DNA from: an uncultured Flavobacteriaceae bacterium
Lineage (GTDB): Bacteria; Bacteroidota; Bacteroidia; Flavobacteriales; Flavobacteriaceae
Assembly (NCBI GenBank): GCA_937923735.1
Contig: CALDUJ010000069.1
Location: 1 to 48,758, forward strand
Reading direction: 5' to 3'
DNA length: 48,758 bases
In this document: positions 46,030-48,758 of the stretch, one piece after another
How positions within the stretch are numbered: the stretch's first letter is position 1
Layout of the letters: every line of letters starts with the position of its first letter
Program-made: the position numbers and the translations under genes
The notes under the pieces: generated by a model
The model's database searches: none
Told to the model about the DNA's origin: nothing
The model's input: only the letters and a program-made list of their open reading frames with translations

Positions 46030-47823
46030 ATGAACACACCCGAGCTAGAGATACAACTAAAGACCTTACCAACCTCTCCTGGTGTATACCAATATTTTGA
46101 TGCTGATGGTAAAATTATTTATGTAGGTAAGGCCAAAAACCTAAAAAAGCGGGTGTCGTCTTATTTTACAAAAAACCATGAGTACGGCAAAACAAAAGTT
46201 CTTGTAAAGAAAATAGCATCCATAAAGCACATTGTTGTTCCTACAGAAACCGATGCTTTATTATTGGAAAATAACCTCATCAAAAAACACCAACCTCGTT
46301 ATAACGTATTATTGAAAGATGACAAATCCTATCCATGGATTTGTTTAAAAAAGGAACGTTTTCCAAGGATTTTCTCAACAAGAAGAGTCATAAAAGATGG
46401 CTCAGAATATTTCGGTCCTTACACAAGCATGAAGACGGTTTCAACACTGTTGGATTTAATAAAAGGTTTGTATCAGTTGCGCACATGTAATTACGATTTA
46501 TCTCAAGAAAAAATTGATGCTGGCAAATACAAAGTGTGTTTAGAATATCATCTAGGCAACTGTAAAGGCCCGTGCGAGGACTTGCAAACCGAAGATGATT
46601 ACCATGGAAATATCGTTGCAATTCGTGAGATACTTAAGGGTAATTTCAAAGAATCTCTACATAATTTCAAAAAGCAAATGAAGGCTTATGCGGCCGACAT
46701 GCATTTTGAAGATGCTCAGCGCATAAAAGAAAAAATTGAAGTCCTTGAAAACTATCAGGCAAAGTCTACCATCATAAATCCAAAGATTAGTAATGTAGAT
46801 GTATTCTCTATCGTTTCTGACGAAAGTTATGGTTATGTAAACTTTTTACAGATTTCATATGGCTCAATTATTCGGTCACATACTATGGAAATCAAAAAAA
46901 AATTGAGTGAAGGCAATGAACAATTATTACAGCTAGCTATTACTGACATCCGTCAACGTTTTAATTCCAATTCTAAAGAAGTATATGTTCCGTTTAAACT
47001 GGACTTAGGAGAGGATATAAAAGTTACAGTTCCACAATTAGGTGATAAGAAGCGTATAGTAGAGTTATCCGAACGAAACGCTAAATTTTATCGTTTAGAA
47101 CGTTTCAAGCAAGTGAAAATGACAGATCCTGACCGTCATGTCAATCGCATTATGGCGCAAATGAAATCTGATTTGAGACTCTCCGAAGAACCACGGCATA
47201 TCGAATGCTTTGACAACTCAAATATTCAAGGAACCCACCCAGTTGCAGCATGTGTGGTTTTTAAAAATGGAAAACCTAGTAAGAGAGATTATAGGCATTT
47301 CAATATAAAAACAGTTGAGGGACCTGATGATTTTGCTTCAATGGAAGAAGTAGTGTACCGTCGCTACAAAAGATTGCTTGACGAAAAACAGCCCTTACCT
47401 CAACTTATCATTATTGATGGTGGGAAAGGGCAATTATCATCTTCTCTAAAAAGTCTTGACAAGCTTGAACTAAGGGGTAAAATAGCCATCATCGGAATTG
47501 CGAAACGTCTGGAAGAATTATTTTATCCAGATGATCCAATTCCACTATATTTAGATAAAAAAAGTGAAACACTAAAGATTATACAGCAATTACGTAACGA
47601 AGCGCATCGCTTCGGGATAGAACACCATCGTAATAGACGCAGCAAAACTGCTTTAAATACAGAATTGGAAACCATTCCAGGTATTGGAGAAAAAACTGTT
47701 GTAGATCTCTTGAAACATTTTAAATCTGTAAAACGAATATCAACTGCGAAATTTGATGCTCTCAAAAGCGTTATAGGTACAGCAAAAGCGCATAAAATTT
47801 TTGATTATTATCACAATAAATGA
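46030..47823 (+). CDS. uvrC: Excinuclease ABC subunit C
   Basis: 597 aa. GIY-YIG N-terminus (PGVYQYFDADGKIIYVGKAKNLKKRV), UVR domain and C-terminal HhH (IPGIGEKTV). Confidence 0.95.
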   Translation: MNTPELEIQLKTLPTSPGVYQYFDADGKIIYVGKAKNLKKRVSSYFTKNHEYGKTKVLVKKIASIKHIVVPTETDALLLENNLIKKHQPRYNVLLKDDKSYPWICLKKERFPRIFSTRRVIKDGSEYFGPYTSMKTVSTLLDLIKGLYQLRTCNYDLSQEKIDAGKYKVCLEYHLGNCKGPCEDLQTEDDYHGNIVAIREILKGNFKESLHNFKKQMKAYAADMHFEDAQRIKEKIEVLENYQAKSTIINPKISNVDVFSIVSDESYGYVNFLQISYGSIIRSHTMEIKKKLSEGNEQLLQLAITDIRQRFNSNSKEVYVPFKLDLGEDIKVTVPQLGDKKRIVELSERNAKFYRLERFKQVKMTDPDRHVNRIMAQMKSDLRLSEEPRHIECFDNSNIQGTHPVAACVVFKNGKPSKRDYRHFNIKTVEGPDDFASMEEVVYRRYKRLLDEKQPLPQLIIIDGGKGQLSSSLKSLDKLELRGKIAIIGIAKRLEELFYPDDPIPLYLDKKSETLKIIQQLRNEAHRFGIEHHRNRRSKTALNTELETIPGIGEKTVVDLLKHFKSVKRISTAKFDALKSVIGTAKAHKIFDYYHNK

Positions 47824-48758
47824 ATAAAGCCCTAATTCTCATACTACTATGCATATGCTGTAATGTTTTTGCTCAAGAAAAGGAGCAGAAAGACATTAAG
47901 GTAGGTCTAGTCTTGAGCGGTGGTGGAGCAAAAGGCTTAGCCCATATTGGTGTGCTTAAAACAATCGATAGTCTCGGTATTAAAATAGACCATATTGCCG
48001 GCACAAGTATGGGGGCCATTATTGGGTCTTTATACGCCTCAGGCTACTCAGGTAAACAACTAGACTCTATTTTTAAAGAGCTGGATTTCGACAATGTAAT
48101 TAGTGATAATTTACCTCGCGAATCTAAAACATTCTACGAACGAGATAATTCAGAAAAGTATGCCTTAACACTACCGTTCGACAATTTTAAAGTCTCTTTA
48201 CCTTCAGCTATTTCCAGAGGACAAAACGTTTTTAACTTACTCACTAAATTAACATTACATGTAAGTGATATCGAAGATTTTAACAAGCTCCCAATTCCTT
48301 TTTTCTGCTTGGCGACTAATATAGAAACTGGGGAGCCTGTAATTTTAGATAGTGGCAATCTCCCTCAGACTATTGGAGCAAGTGGCGCATTTCCTTCACT
48401 ATTTCAGCCTGTAATTATTAATGACCAAATCTTAATCGATGGTGGTGTTACTAACAATTATCCTGTAGACGAGTTGAGAGCAAAAGGAATGGATGTAATT
48501 ATAGGAGTTGATGTACAAGATGGGTTGGCAAATCGCGATAATCTGAAATCAGCTCCAGAGATTTTGCTCCAGATAAATAATTATCGAACCATCAATGATA
48601 TGAAGATAAAATCCAAAAAAACGGATGTTTATATAAAGCCAGATATTGATGACTATAATGTTATTTCATTCGATTTCGGGAAACAAATCATAAAAAATGG
48701 TGAGCGAGCTGCTTTCGAAAAAATATTCTATTTACAGGACATTGCAAACAAACAAAAG
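47820..48758 (+). CDS. Patatin-like phospholipase, secreted, partial. It runs off the right window edge and is not in the ORF track.
   Basis: My own translation from the ATG at 47820 gives MNKALILILLLCICCNVFAQ (signal peptide), then GLVLSGGGAKGLAHIG (oxyanion hole), GTSMG (nucleophile elbow) and IDGGVTNNYPV (catalytic Asp). It is open to the end of the window. The ATG overlaps the uvrC stop (ATGA). Confidence 0.85.
   Translation, partial: MNKALILILLCICCNVFAQEKEQKDIKVGLVLSGGGAKGLAHIGVLKTIDSLGIKIDHIAGTSMGAIIGSLYASGYSGKQLDSIFKELDFDNVISDNLPRESKTFYERDNSEKYALTLPFDNFKVSLPSAISRGQNVFNLLTKLTLHVSDIEDFNKLPIPFFCLATNIETGEPVILDSGNLPQTIGASGAFPSLFQPVIINDQILIDGGVTNNYPVDELRAKGMDVIIGVDVQDGLANRDNLKSAPEILLQINNYRTINDMKIKSKKTDVYIKPDIDDYNVISFDFGKQIIKNGERAAFEKIFYLQDIANKQK

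Overview
Low-GC, densely coding chromosomal segment that looks like Bacteroidota, class Flavobacteriia. The lineage call rests on a T9SS C-terminal sorting domain, several exact TAnnTTTG -7 promoter boxes, no Shine-Dalgarno sequences, a stand-alone atpDC pair and panC / GT5-like / DUF4270 / glmS synteny. I support about 40 protein genes. Housekeeping genes are recX, atpD, atpC, glmS, panC, panD, radA, ileS, lspA, uvrC and rimK. Others include two TonB-dependent receptors, an M61 peptidase, a VCBS/ASPIC lipoprotein followed by a Na+/solute symporter and a Gfo/Idh/MocA oxidoreductase, and a 1379-aa LamG/T9SS surface protein. Two genes run off the window edges and are missing from the ORF track: a surface-protein paralog at 1-1491 (-) and a patatin-like gene at 47820-48758 (+). 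I recognised no rRNA, tRNA, CRISPR array, transposase or integrase. The best candidate for an undescribed system is the + strand cluster at about 7.39-10.87 kb. It has three tandem, deeply diverged DUF2975-type membrane paralogs, each ending in E-N-(E/D)-L-T-I. These are followed by a 68-aa YozG-like HTH, then umuC and a umuD-like S24 peptidase, all with 1-21 nt spacing. A TATTGTTT repeat array wraps the only consensus promoter box in front of the cluster. Secondary candidates are a TonB-dependent receptor paired with an SGNH esterase lipoprotein in the SusD position, and rimK translationally coupled to an AstE/AspA-family zinc hydrolase. Others are a conserved uncharacterised module shared by two surface proteins, a TetR promoter bracketed by inverted repeats, and structured atpD-atpC and dksA-like/lspA junctions. 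All family assignments come from motif recognition by eye; no searches were run.
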